A DNA stretch of 64,000 nucleotides. Origin: Neoechinorhynchus agilis (taxonomy: Eukaryota > Animalia > Acanthocephala). The translations under genes and the position numbers were made by a program. The notes below the pieces were generated by a model, which saw only the letters and a list, made by a program, of their open reading frames with translations, was not told the origin of the DNA and searched no databases. The stretch lies in contig CM121342.1 in NCBI GenBank assembly GCA_051530055.1, positions 3,657,489-3,721,488 on the forward strand, written 5' to 3'. Positions 1 through 12,480 of this stretch are shown piece by piece; within the stretch, counting starts at the first letter, position 1; each line of letters begins with the position of its first letter.

Positions 1-262
1 AGCTTTCGCAATCTAACGGTTTTTTAATAAATTGTTAATGATTAGAAGAAACGTCCAACGAAAGCTCGGAAATTAAAAAAAATTATTTTAAAATCCGATG
101 GACTCTATATTACATTCGTATTGATCGATTTCACGATTCGGATATAAGTTTAGGCGAAAATCAGTTTTTGATAGAAGTTTAGTGATCATTGTCCTGCGGA
201 TAGAAAATATTTTTATTGAGATAGTTCTCGAGGATGTTATCATTCCCTAGGATTTTCTCTCT
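1..262. mobile_element. Dispersed repeat / MITE-like fragment
   Basis: About 95-215 is the reverse complement of about 9660-9740 in the PITP intron. 241-262 is the reverse complement of the AAAATCCTTAGGGAATGA motif at about 1773 and 9775. 1-45 resembles the unit of the 21.1-23.3 kb array. Confidence 0.65.
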
Positions 263-296
263 CGATGATTAAAACAAGTTTTAGTTGAAATTTGAG

Positions 297-1564
297 ATGA
301 AATCAGAAGATTTAGCCAACACATCACACCTCTCTGATTCAACGTTCCATGACCATAAAGCTAAACAAATGTTGAGATTAAGCTTAAGAAGCGCTCAACA
401 TCAAGCGTTACTTCAGCGCCTTCGAGTGGATTCCGATGAACTATCAAAATGTTTCCAATCGCCTACGGAGTCACTGTTGACCTCACAAAGCGCACAGGAA
501 ATCGAAACGCGGATCATGGAGCTAGAAAAAGAATGCAAAAACCACGTTAAACTTTTCAGTGATCTTAAGCGGGAAAGAGATTATTGCCTTACGATTTTAC
601 AATCAAGTTCATTCACAGTCCAGCTTCAAGGCTTATTTTCCAATGTTGTCAGATATGTGAATGAGTTAAAAAGAAAGCAGGTTGAAAAGGAAGCCGAATT
701 GTTTCGTATCCACGAACTCATTTCAAAAATCGGTCAAACAATCAGAGAAACAAGAATGGAGTTAGTTGACCTTGAAGTAAAAGTACAACTGGTGCTCTTC
801 TCCTTATTAGAACTTTAGGGATCGCCGCATTCACAAAAATTCTAGCTATATCGCTCCTTTTTTTGAAAACCACTTTGGAAATCGTTTCGATTTAAAATCC
901 CAATGGAAATTCTAACTAGGTATATTAAAATTGAATTCAAATATTTTGAAAAGATCATCAGTAAATAAGATGCGATCATCAAAACAAAGAAGCAAACACT
1001 ATGAGGATCGAGAATGCAAGTATCGTGGAAAGCGTAAATCAAGAGAATTTAAAACTAAAGGAAGCAATAAAAACAAGTGAATGTGAATACAACAGATTAG
1101 TAGACGAGTTTGAGAAAGTTGGTGAAGAAAGAGTTCTCGTTGAACGAGCTTGTGATAATTATTCGGCGGTAAAGACCGAATTCCTCGAGCAGAATATGAG
1201 ACTAAATGATGAGCTAGAGCGTATAAAGATTCAGGCGCGTAGAATTAAAGTAGAAAAAGAACCGAATTTCGCATTGGCACAGTTTAGGCTCGATCAGGAG
1301 TATAGAGTAAAATCGGCTATTCGAAGAGCACGCAGATTAAAGGAAAGTGAACTCGATATGTTAAGGCGGGAATACCGAAGATTACTGGAGGAGAATAAGA
1401 GCTTTGAAGTTAAATTAAATGAAAAGTCCGAATCTGACGCAGAGAAGATAATGAAAATGAGGTACAGGAGAGTAGAAGACGAACTTAGTGCACTAGAGAA
1501 TCGAGTTGGTGAGATTGACAGTGTACTGGAGAACGAATTTGATACGTATGTGAAAGATGAATGA
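297..1564 (+). CDS. Coiled-coil protein of unknown identity, two exons (proposed 297-785 + 968-1564)
   Basis: Two adjacent ORFs (285-818, 1001-1564) with heptad-like E/K/R/L composition. First ATG is 297. The second frame is open from 965, and the in-frame join reads LEVKV|RCDHQN. Confidence 0.65.
786..967 (+). other. Putative non-canonical intron (GTA|CAACTGG...TAAATA|AGA), 182 nt
   Basis: TA direct repeat at both ends. ACTGGTGCTCTTCTC (788-802) pairs with GAAAAGATCATCAGT (948-962), 13/15 bp including one G-U. In-frame stops lie inside both ends. A canonical GTTAGT(761)...ATAAG(969) alternative exists. Confidence 0.6.
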
Positions 1565-1840
1565 TCACAAAGTGTTTAGTTGGAGAAATCGATCAATATG
1601 AATGTAAAATATAGATTCCATCGGATTTAAAAATAAAATTTTTGCTAATAATCTTTTTATTGTTTCTTTTTTTTAAAGGACAATTTTAGATTAAATCGTC
1701 CCCCGGACGCTGACCGCATTTCCTCGTTGGATTGCGAGGCTTACATGAAAATTTAAAAAAAATTAGACCGGGAAAATCCTTAGGGAATGATGGAGTTAAA
1801 AAGATGTTGTGGAGGTCATAACAATCCCCAGCATAACGCC

Positions 1841-3330
1841 AGGAAGTCTCGAATCATTAAATTTACAATAACCGATAAGATACGACTTCGTCGTAAAATA
1901 TTGAGAAAATCCTTAGGGAATGATAGACTTTAAGTTCTGGTGATCATAATCCTCAGGTTAAAAACTTATTTTATTAGAGATATTTCGCGAGGAAGTCTCG
2001 AATCATTAAATTTACAATAACCGATAAGATACGACTTCGTCGTAAAATATTGAGAAAATCCTTAGGGAATGATAGACTTTAAGTTCTGGTGATCATAATC
2101 CTCAGGTTAAAAACTTATTTTATTAGAGATATTTCGCGAGGAAGTCTCGAATCATTAAATTTACAATAACCGATAAGATACGACTTCGTCGTAAAATATT
2201 GAGAAAATCCTTAGGGAATGATAGACTTTAAGTTCTGGTGATCATAATCCTCAGGTTAAAAACTTATTTTATTAGAGATATTTCGCGAGGAAGTCTCGAA
2301 TCATTAAATTTACAATAACCGATAAGATACGACTTCGTCGTAAAATATTGAGAAAATCCTTAGGGAATGATAGACTTTAAGTTCTGGTGATCATAATCCT
2401 CAGGTTAAAAACTTATTTTATTAGAGATATTTCGCGAGGAAGTCTCGAATCATTAAATTTACAATAACCGATAAGATACGACTTCGTCGTAAAATATTGA
2501 GAAAATCCTTAGGGAATGATAGACTTTAAGTTCTGGTGATCATAATCCTCAGGTTAAAAACTTATTTTATTAGAGATATTTCGCGAGGAAGTCTCGAATC
2601 ATTAAATTTACAATAACCGATAAGACACGACTTCGTCGTAAAATATTGAGAAAATCCTTAGGGAATGATAGACTTTAAGTTCTGGTGATCATAATCCTCA
2701 GGTTAAAAACTTATTTTATTAGAGATATTTCGCGAGGAAGTCTCGAATCATTAAATTTACAATAACCGATAAGATACGACTTCGTCGTAAAATATTGAGA
2801 AAATCCTTAGGGAATGATAGACTTTAAGTTCTGGTGATCATAATCCCCAGGTTAAAAACTTATTTTATTAGAGATATTTCGCGAGGAAGTCTCGAATCAT
2901 TAAATTTACAATAACCGATAAGATACGACTTCGTCGTAAAATATTGAGAAAATCCTTAGGGAATGATAGACTTTAAGTTCTGGTGATCATAATCCTCAGG
3001 TTAAAAACTTATTTTATTAGAGATATTTCGCGAGGAAGTCTCGAATCATTAAATTTACAATAACCGATAAGACACGACTTCGTCGTAAAATATTGAGAAA
3101 ATCCTTAGGGAATGATAGACTTTAAGTTCTGGTGATCATAATCCCCAGGTTAAAAACTTATTTTATTAGAGATATTTCGCGAGGAAGTCTCGAATCATTA
3201 AATTTACAATAACCGATAAGATACGACTTCGTCGTAAAATATTGAGAAAATCCTTAGGGAATGATAGACTTTAAGTTCTGGTGATCATAATCCTCAGGTT
3301 AAAAACTTATTACAGATATTTCGCGAGGAA
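1841..3330. repeat. Tandem array, 149-bp unit x about 10
   Basis: AGGAAGTCTCGAATC recurs at 1841, 1990, 2139 ... 3182. Units are nearly identical. Confidence 0.97.
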
Positions 3331-3800
3331 GCCTGGATTCATCAATTATTGTTAATTTGACGAAGAGAACCTTAACTTCGCAATATGCTCGCTAAAATAA
3401 GCTTTGTCCTGCGAAATAATGATCACATCTTCAACTCCTGTGATTCTTCCGTTTTTATTTGGATGATGTGATTGCATTTTCATTATTGCTTATCTTTTCT
3501 GGTTTTACCACATCGCTGAATTTATATTCACTTATTTTTTCGGAAAAAAACGTTATGTACAGATTTGAAGAAACCATAATGAGAAAATCCATCGGGATGG
3601 TAAATGCGGTGGATACAAACAGTTTTATTCAACTTGAAAAATAACGGTATGCGTAAAAGCGTACGTGCGAGCGGATTAGTAAGCGGTTGAATTATGGCAG
3701 AAACATCGCCTTATCAATCATTGCTCTCTTCTCCCGTTTTTGTTAAGAAAGTTCGGATATTTTACGCTTTTTATTTTCGATTTAAAAGCGCGCTTTTTTA

Positions 3801-4805
3801 ATGGAAGAAAAAATTAGTTTATTACGTATTGGACGAAGTGAGCGTTTATTGTTCGCTCTTCTTGTTCCAAGACCCAAAAAGTTTGTACGCTTCAAAATTG
3901 GTGATCGTCAGCAACGAGATCGGTCTCCGCCACCTTTGGAGGAGCCAAGCCGCGTGGAGACTCAAGAAAGTCCTTCATTATACTTCTGTCATGTTTGCGG
4001 AACCCAAGTCCAAGCGGATGCTAGTTTTAATTGTTCACAATGCGGTGATGGTTTTATAGAGCGGATTCAAACGTCGCCATCACCACGACCACCATCCTCT
4101 TCGTCTGAGATGGGCACTGCTCGATTCTTGCTTGGCAATGCCGAAGTCCAATTGGTTACTCAACGACAGCCAGATGAAACCTACGGTCGTGGCATGGAGC
4201 AAATGCTCACTAACATCTTTGAGACAGTTCTACGGGCTACACCAGCGGACGTTCGGACTTCTACGTTCAATGACGGTACCTACGGTGGCTTCACGACCGT
4301 TCTTACTTTTCCCACTGATCCTGAAATGGGCGGCCGTCTCGTTGATCTTAGAGATTATGTGAACGAAGAACGTTTTGAGGAGATCCTAGGGCAATTATTG
4401 AATCAATTAGAAGGCGCCGGCCCTCCTCCTGCCAGTCCTGATGCCATTTCTAGACTTGAACAATACACAGTCACTGAAAACGACGTGAATGAACGCGAGG
4501 CCGATTGTGCCATCTGCATGGATAAGTTCACGTTGGCTGAAGTCGTGTGTAGGCTGCCTTGTCGACACATTTTCCATAAAGATTGTATCGATAAATGGCT
4601 TAAAATACACGGCACTTGTCCAGTGTGCCGAAAAACGCTCGATGGAGAAGATACGAGTCGACATGAGTTTGTGGTTAGTGTCGAAGGGCAGCCTTCACCA
4701 AGGACCAGTCATCAAACCGATACCCATTCTGGCACCAGAGGAGCAGGAGGAAGCGCAGAAGGTGGTGTAGATAAGCCCAAAACCGATTTTAATGACCTGG
4801 ACTAA
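3801..4805 (+). CDS. RNF115/RNF126: RING-H2 E3 ubiquitin ligase, RNF115/RNF126 family
   Basis: N-terminal zinc ribbon YFCHVC...CSQCGDGFIE, GPPPAS motif, RING-H2 CAIC...CRHIFHKDCIDKWL...CPVCR. Intronless; the true start may be downstream of 3801. Confidence 0.9.
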   Translation: MEEKISLLRIGRSERLLFALLVPRPKKFVRFKIGDRQQRDRSPPPLEEPSRVETQESPSLYFCHVCGTQVQADASFNCSQCGDGFIERIQTSPSPRPPSSSSEMGTARFLLGNAEVQLVTQRQPDETYGRGMEQMLTNIFETVLRATPADVRTSTFNDGTYGGFTTVLTFPTDPEMGGRLVDLRDYVNEERFEEILGQLLNQLEGAGPPPASPDAISRLEQYTVTENDVNEREADCAICMDKFTLAEVVCRLPCRHIFHKDCIDKWLKIHGTCPVCRKTLDGEDTSRHEFVVSVEGQPSPRTSHQTDTHSGTRGAGGSAEGGVDKPKTDFNDLD

Positions 4806-5504
4806 AAATTCGATTTTTTCGCCCCTTAAAAATCCGGTCTTTTCCGCGTGTTTTTTGCTTCTTATAACAATTTTTATTCAAAAATTACGTGAATAGAACA
4901 CATTTTGCCGATCAAATTGACGTTTCTTTTTTTTGAATGTTTCGAAGAAAAAGAGATTTAAATTGCGAAAAACGGCTTCTTAACTTTATCTAGAAAAAAT
5001 TTACTAGTTCAAACGTAAATTAAGTGTCTGAATCCCAAAAAGCGGTAAATTTAATTTCTAGAACATACTTTAAAATTGCTTTATTAAGGATAAGATCGAG
5101 TTTACTTAAATAAACCTCTTTTTTAAATCGAGGTTGATTCTTGTTTTAATGAAAAACGATCGAAATTTTTAGTGGTGCTTTCATGTCAATCTTAAATCTT
5201 ATCTCGCTTTTTCTGTTCTCAAATTTCTTGCCCTATCTCTTCATTGTGTCGGAATTGTTTTGTTGGTCATTGGGAAATTACGTTTTGGTTTTTGGGGAAC
5301 GCTTTCGAAATTGCACAATCGCTAATAATGAAAAAATACGCTTTATACTATCTTAGGCTTTAAAACGTCTTATTTTCGGATTGAATTGGACACAAATGGT
5401 ACCGTTACGGTAATCAGTCAATTCCTTTCGTTTTTCTTTAAATTTTACACGTTAAATAACGAAATTAAAAAGGAAACCCATATTCGCGATTTGTTTTTCA
5501 GCCG

Positions 5505-8433
5505 TCAGCCCAATCTTCTCGGATATCATAAGAACCGAAATGAACCTCAGGAATATCCAACCTCTCAAACTCTTCTACTAACAATAACCACCAACTTTCC
5601 CCGGTTCGACCGAGCTCGTAATCAACTCCAAAATCAATAAACCGCATTCAATGAACAAATCAGAACTCGAGTTTTAAAAAGACTCAAGGGTCCAATTCTT
5701 TTGTTCAATAACAAACAAAAGTGTTATTATTATCTATCGAATTCCGTGTTCTAACCTCTCACCTCCTTTTTCCATGCAGCCCAATCTTCTCGGATATCAT
5801 AAGAACCGAAATGAACCTCAGGAATATCCAACCTCTCAAACTCTTCTACTAACAATAACCACCAACTTTCCCCGGTTCGACCGAGCTCGTAATCAACTCC
5901 AAAATCAATAAACCGCATTCAATGAACAAATCAGAACTCGAGTTTTCACAAAGACTCAAGGGTCCAATTCTTTTGTTCAATAACAAACAAAAGTGTTATT
6001 ATTATCTATCGAATTCCGTGTTCTAACCTTTCACCTCCTTTTTCCATGCAGCCTAATCTTCTCGGATATCATAAGAACCGAAATGAACCTCAGGAATATC
6101 CAACCTCTCAAACTCTTCTACTAACAATAACCACCAACTTTCCCCGGTTCGACCGAGCTCGTAATCAACTCCAAAATCAATAAACCGCATTCAATGAACA
6201 AATCAGAACTCGAGTTTTCACAAAGACACAAGGGTCCAATTCTTTTGTTCAATAACAAACAAAAGTGTTATTATTATCTATCGAATTCCGTGTTCTAACC
6301 TTTCACCTCCTTTTTCCATGCAGCCCAATCTTCTCGGATATCATAAGAACCGAAATGAACCTCAGGAATATCCAACCTCTCAAACTCTTCTACTAACAAT
6401 AACCACCAACTTTCCCCGGTTCGACCGAGCTCGTAATCAACTCCAAAATCAATAAACCGCATTCAATGAACAAATCAGAACTCGAGTTTTCACAAAGACA
6501 CAAGGGTCCAATTCTTTTGTTCAATAACAAACAAAAGTGTTATTATTATCTATCGAATTCCGTGTTCTAACCTTTCACCTCCTTTTTCCATGCAGCCCAA
6601 TCTTCTCGGATATCATAAGAACCGAAATGAACCTCAGGAATATCCAACCTCTCAAACTCTTCTACTAACAATAACCACCAACTTTCCCCGGTTCGACCGA
6701 GCTCGTAATCAACTCCAAAATCAATAAACCGCATTCAATGAACAAATCAGAACTCGAGTTTTCAAAAGACTCAAGGGTCCAATTCTTTTGTTCAATAACA
6801 AACAAAAGTGTTATTATTATCTATCGAATTCCGTGTTCTAACCTCTCACCTCCTTTTTCCATGCAGCCTAATCTTCTCGGATATCATAAGAACCGAAATG
6901 AACCTCAGGAATATCCAACCTCTCAAACTCTTCTACTAACAATAACCACCAACTTTCCCCGGTTCGACCGAGCTCGTAATCAACTCCAAAATCAATAAAC
7001 CGCATTCAATGAACAAATCAGAACTCGAGTTTTCACAAAGACACAAGGGTCCAATTCTTTTGTTCAATAACAAACAAAAGTGTTATTATTATCTATCGAA
7101 TTCCGTGTTCTAACCTCTCACCTCCTTTTTCCATGCAGCCTAATCTTCTCGGATATCATAAGAACCGAAATGAACCTCAGGAATATCCAACCTCTCAAAC
7201 TCTTCTACTAACAATAACCACCAACTTTCCCCGGTTCGACCGAGCTCGTAATCAACTCCAAAATCAATAAACCGCATTCAATGAACAAATCAGAACTCGA
7301 GTTTTCACAAAGACTCAAGGGTCCAATTCTTTTGTTCAATAACAAACAAAAGTGTTATTATTATCTATCGAATTCCGTGTTCTAACCTTTCACCTCCTTT
7401 TTCCATGCAGCCTAATCTTCTCGGATATCATAAGAACCGAAATGAACCTCAGGAATATCCAACCTCTCAAACTCTTCTACTAACAATAACCACCAACTTT
7501 CCCCGGTTCGACCGAGCTCGTAATCAACTCCAAAATCAATAAACCGCATTCAATGAACAAATCAGAACTCGAGTTTTCACAAAGACTCAAGGGTCCAATT
7601 CTTTTGTTCAATAACAAACAAAAGTGTTATTATTATCTATCGAATTCCGTGTTCTAACCTTTCACCTCCTTTTTCCATGCAGCCTAATCTTCTCGGATAT
7701 CATAAGAACCGAAATGAACCTCAGGAATATCCAACCTCTCAAACTCTTCTACTAACAATAACCACCAACTTTCCCCGGTTCGACCGAGCTCGTAATCAAC
7801 TCCAAAATCAATAAACCGCATTCAATGAACAAATCAGAACTCGAGTTTTCACAAAGACACAAGGGTCCAATTCTTTTGTTCAATAACAAACAAAAGTGTT
7901 ATTATTATCTATCGAATTCCGTGTTCTAACCTTTCACCTCCTTTTTCCATGCAGCCTAATCTTCTCGGATATCATAAGAACCGAAATGAACCTCAGGAAT
8001 ATCCAACCTCTCAAACTCTTCTACTAACAATAACCACCAACTTTCCCCGGTTCGACCGAGCTCGTAATCAACTCCAAAATCAATAAACCGCATTCAATGA
8101 ACAAATCAGAACTCGAGTTTTACAAAGACACAAGGGTCCAATTCTTTTGTTCAATAACAAACAAAAGTGTTATTATTATCTATCGAATTCCGTGTTCTAA
8201 CCTTTCACCTCCTTTTTCCATGCAGCCTAATCTTCTCGGATATCATAAGAACCGAAATGAACCTCAGGAATATCCAACCTCTCAAACTCTTCTACTAACA
8301 ATAACCACCAACTTTCCCCGGTTCGACCGAGCTCGTAATCAACTCCAAAATCAATAAACCGCATTCAATGAACAAATCAGAACTCGAGTTTTCACAAAGA
8401 CTCAAGGGTCCAATTCTTTTGTTCAATAACAAA
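5505..8433. repeat. Tandem array, 271-272-bp unit x about 11
   Basis: CAGCC(C/T)AATCTTCTCGG recurs about every 271 bp from 5506 to 8222. The ORFs at 5386, 6738 and 8097 are products of the repeat. Confidence 0.97.
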
Positions 8434-8663
8434 CGTGGGCTACGCCGTGATTGATACGAAAGAATCAAGTTTTCAATAAAGAATGACCATTATCCGAACT
8501 GGAAATCGTCATGAATGCAGAAGAATTGTTTCCTCGTACACGTTCGTGTCGTCATCTTACGCGCGCTCACCGCTCGCGTTGTTCCTCCGTCTTTTAAGGT
8601 GTTTAAACTCGTTTCGCGTGCTTTCTATCTCAGTTGTGAGTTTCTGGATATTTTCCGTTTTTA

Positions 8664-10323
8664 ATGTTGATAAAAGAGTTCCGGATTACGCTTCCTTTAA
8701 CCGTTGACGAGTATCAATTGGCTCAATTATGGTCAGTTGCGGAATATTCAAAGGAGAATACGGGTGGAGGTGAAGGTGTACGAGTGGTCGCCAATGAACC
8801 TTACGTTGGAGAACCGTTACATTGCGGTCAATATTCAGAAGGACAATACACCAAGAAGTTTTATTATCTCGCTACAAAAGTGCCTTGGTGGATCCGAAAG
8901 CTTGCTCCATCCGGTGCTTTGGAAATAACCGAAGAAGCCTGGAATGCGTATCCTTACTGCCGAACCATTCTCACAAATCCTGGCTTCATGAAATCGAACT
9001 TTGTTATCAAAGTGGAAACGTTGCATCTTGAAGATAGGGGAGATGCTTTTAATGCTCATAACTTAAGCCCGGAACTTCTGGCACAGCGGGAAGTCGTTTA
9101 CATACACATGAGCTGTTCTTATTTTTTTTAGAAGTTCCTATTTGATTTCTCAATAATTTTGGAAGAAAAATTCTTTCAATAATTTTCCGGTCTGATTTCA
9201 TCGTCAAAAAATCACCGGCTTTTAGATTTCAAAATAGAATTGAACATCCGTACATGTTCGTGCAATCGTACCAACTAATCGAATCGGTTTTTTCTCTCTC
9301 GAAATTCAAGGAATCATTTGGGGAATTTCTTACCTTTTTTGTTCCAAAACGAGAGTCTTTTGTTTGCACAATCTTGCTTGCCACCATGTAAATGGTCATA
9401 TCGAGAAAACCCATCAGGATGTTAAGTTTTGACTTGTGGTGAAGTAAAAAACTTACGAGCAATGATTTATAAGGCGAGATTTCCTCTTTCGAAATATTTC
9501 AGAAGAATAAAGTGATTTTTAACCGGGATTATCTTCACCACAAGTCAAAATGTAAATAATGTTTTATTTTTATTTGATTTTCTTTTGATCTATTGACTAT
9601 GCTCCCATGGTTTAATTTTAAAGGATTCTCAATAATGTAATTGTCGAGATATCCCAATAAAATAATCACTAAACTTCTATCAAAAACTGATTTTCGCCTA
9701 AACGCTTACCCGAATCGTGAAATCGATCAATACGAATGTTAAATTAAACATTAGAAATTAACAATTTCGGGAGAAAATCCTTAGGGAATGATGGAGTTAA
9801 AAAGATGTTGCATTACTTTCAGATGAATTTAAAATCAATAAAATACATTTTATCCTGTGGGGATTCTGATTTCCCGTCCCACATTCTTTAATCTTTATCT
9901 TAGGCTATACAAATACGTCCCTAAAATTATTTAATGAGAACTGCTCACATAGACATTGCTAATGATCCAATACGATCATGTGACTATAACGAAAAAGAAG
10001 ATCCTCGCCTGTTTCACTCCAAGAAAACCGGTAGAGGTCCTCTTGTTGACCCCGAATGGCGCTCAATGGTTACTCCTTGTATGACTTGCTACAAGCTCGT
10101 TTCAGCCGAATTCAAATGGTTTGGTCTACAGGATAGAATTGAGAGCTTTATAATGAACAGTGAAATTCGCTTATTCACCCTATTTCACCGCCATGTATTT
10201 TGTTCAATGGACAAATGGCACGGGCTTACAATTGAAGATATTAGACGGATCGAAGACGAAACACAGAAGGAACTCGATAGTCAACGAGCAAAGGGAAAAG
10301 TTAAGGGAGTACTGGAGCCATAG
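8664..10323 (+). CDS. PITPN: Class I phosphatidylinositol transfer protein, two exons (8664-9104 + 9952-10323)
   Basis: MLIKEFRITLPLTVDEYQLAQLWSV, GQYTKKFY, EEAWNAYPYCRT, MTCYKLV, HRHVFCSMDKWHGLTIEDIR. The join REVVYI|DIAND restores the family motif. Confidence 0.93.
9105..9951 (+). other. Putative non-canonical intron (ATA|CACATGAGC...GCTCACATA|GAC), 847 nt
   Basis: ACATA direct repeat at the junctions. TGAGCTGTTCT (9109-9119) pairs with AGAACTGCTCA (9937-9947), 10/11 bp. The only GT-AG option found gives VYIHMSYIAND instead of the conserved VYIDIAND. Confidence 0.75.
9655..9812. mobile_element. Dispersed repeat inside the PITP intron, same family as 1-262 and about 1770-1810
   Basis: Reverse-complement match to about 95-215. 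GAAAATCCTTAGGGAATGATGGAGTTAAAAAGATGTTG is shared with about 1773-1809. Confidence 0.7.
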
Positions 10324-10673
10324 GATGTGTCCCATAGATTGATTTTACCGTCATTTGGATACCAAAACGAAGTTTTGTGTGTGGAAGCCAATAACGATTA
10401 CGCCGCGCTTCGGGCGATCGATAACGCCTAGGCAATAGCAACTTTTCAAACTTTTCTTCTTGCAACAATTTTAAAGTTAAAAAAATTATCATATAATTTA
10501 TAAATATCACTTATATATTTTTTTCATATTCTAATCTTGTGAAATACTACTTGATTTTCGCGCTTCGTAATTAATTAAATTTTTGTTATTGACCTTTTTG
10601 GGAGAGGAATGTTGTACTGATAAAGAAAATCTTTATTTCCAAGCATTCGCCGTCTTACGGCTTCCTTAGGGAA

Positions 10674-11100
10674 TCAAGCACTTCTGCACATTTCTCTTGA
10701 CATGCCGAACCAGCATTCTCCTTTGACACTAAACTCCTTACCCCCATTCGCCTTGATCATTTTCGCCGGATGAAGTTTTGGTCTTCCAATCGTATTCCGG
10801 ATATTTTCTGGCAGCACCGTGACCGAGGCACCTGTATCGAATTCCATGTGCAATTCGTGTCGATTTATTTCCAAACAAATAACTGGACAAACGATCCGCA
10901 TCACCGATCGAACAATTTCAATCACCCTGTCCTCCGAAAACTCAACTATATTTGCTCTTCTTCGACTGCGACACACGACTCCGAAATGTCATTTTTCATG
11001 ACAGCGGAAACATTCTCTATTTAAAGCTGGACACAAATTCATTCTTAGGTGCCAATTTCCACCACATCTTCCACACTTCGTCCTTTTTATACGATCCACT
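10674..11100 (-). mobile_element. Degenerate Ty3/Gypsy gag-protease relic
   Basis: Minus-strand frame gives CGRCGGNWHLRMNLCPALNRECFRCHEK*HFGVVCRS (two zinc knuckles, premature stop), running into an aspartic protease MEFDTGASVTVL. Confidence 0.8.
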
Positions 11101-11609
11101 TGTTCGGGAAAACCCATGCTTATTTCGGCATCTTTTGTCGACTCCACGATTTGAACAAAGAGCGATCTTGGAGCTGTTGGAAGGTTTTTGCCCTCGTACC
11201 GAGGACGAATGGAAGCGCATCAATGGACGTGAGTAATATTTTTAAATTATTGAAAACCTCTTTTTCCGAATAATTTTCTTTCAAAGAATGTTCTATATTG
11301 TGGTAATACAATTTATCGAATTCAATTTTTTAAAATCTTAAATTGTTTTGGACTTTAGTCATAAATCAAATTTCATAAATGTTTCTTAGTATTTTCCCGA
11401 GTGCTTCTTTTTGGAGATTTTCGGTTCCCTCTATTGAGTATAAACTTCATTAATCTGAACATCCAGTGTTGAAATCGATTTTTGCCAATTGAGGGTTAAA
11501 TTTGCCCACCATTTTCTCAACGGATCTCAGAAAATTGTTCTGTTTCTTTTTTATTCATTTTTTTAAACTTTCACGGAGATATATTAAAAAACAGCTGCAA
11601 ATTTAATTA

Positions 11610-11700
11610 TAACGTCCCGACGTTGTCAGTATACTGGCGGCGTTCCCTCGCTGTACCGCAATTGCGATTCGTTCAGCGAGGAAATTTCTCTTCAAAGGGT
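11610..11700 (-). mobile_element. 3-prime fragment of an RLE-type non-LTR retrotransposon
   Basis: NFLAERIAIAVQRGNAASIL is the typical C-terminal motif of such ORFs. A related motif (ISLAVQRGNAA) ends the relic at about 41.2 kb. Confidence 0.65.
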
Positions 11701-12291
11701 TTATCGTTTTGAAATTTCTACAAAAAGGAATAAATCTTACAGGCGTTTTGTGCATCTTTGTAAAAGCACCAAAAGAGCTCGTAAATGCATTGATGAACGA
11801 ATAGTGCAAAAAAGACGGGATTTTAAATTCTAAGAATTTGGATGTTTTCTGTTTGTTTCAGGGATAATTTGAAGATTATGCTTTTGCTTTTTATTGACAT
11901 CGCGCTCATCATTTTTGTCTCGTGAGCATAGTAAATGTGTAATTGAACGTCATTTGAAAATTGAGGTGAGCAAAATTTGGAGCTGCAACACGCTCTCTGG
12001 TAATTTTTATTCATTCCAATACTTGAGAAACATGATAATTTCTATGGCAAGGATTTGTAAAACAAAATTTTTCCGATCGCGCAAAGATATAATTCACATC
12101 AATAAAAGAAATATATACATGCGATCGGGAAAAATCAAGTATTTCAATCATTGTATATGCAAAGCGATGTTATTGAATGAAGATAAGGATGATGATCCGT
12201 ATTGTCGTGACGTTATTCTTAAAAAGCAAATGATTAAGAACGCCGTATATTTTGTAATTTCGTCAGCTGAGTTGGTACATTTCGTAGTTGT

Positions 12292-12480
12292 GTAGAGGTG
12301 GCCCAGTGGACTCGTGCCCCGAATCCCTGTTTCAGGGTCAAAGGGTTCAAATCCACGATTGCCAACGACTCATGACCAAAGGGGACGAAATACCTCGTTG
12401 AAGGGAGGAAACTCCCTGATGAGTCCCGCCTCCTCGAGGTATCTGCGGATCCGGAGGAATGTACGAACTCTTAACGTTTC
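12292..12480 (+). mobile_element. tRNA-derived SINE-like element
   Basis: Pol III A box GGTGGCCCAGTGG (12297-12309) and B box GGTTCAAATCC (12344-12354), but acceptor and T stems are broken. A GC-rich structured body follows. The 3-prime end is approximate. Confidence 0.6.

Noticed and set aside
1841-8433. CRISPR-like periodic arrays
   Set aside because: Units are contiguous near-identical copies with no unique spacers, there are no cas genes, and the context is eukaryotic.
9103-9949. U12-type AT-AC intron reading of the PITP interruption
   Set aside because: An AT..AC register exists within the ACATA repeat, but the 5-prime end is ATACACAT rather than ATATCCTT and no TCCTTAAC branch site lies near the 3-prime end.
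12292-12365. Functional tRNA gene
   Set aside because: A and B boxes are present, but the acceptor and T stems do not pair. Treated as a SINE head.
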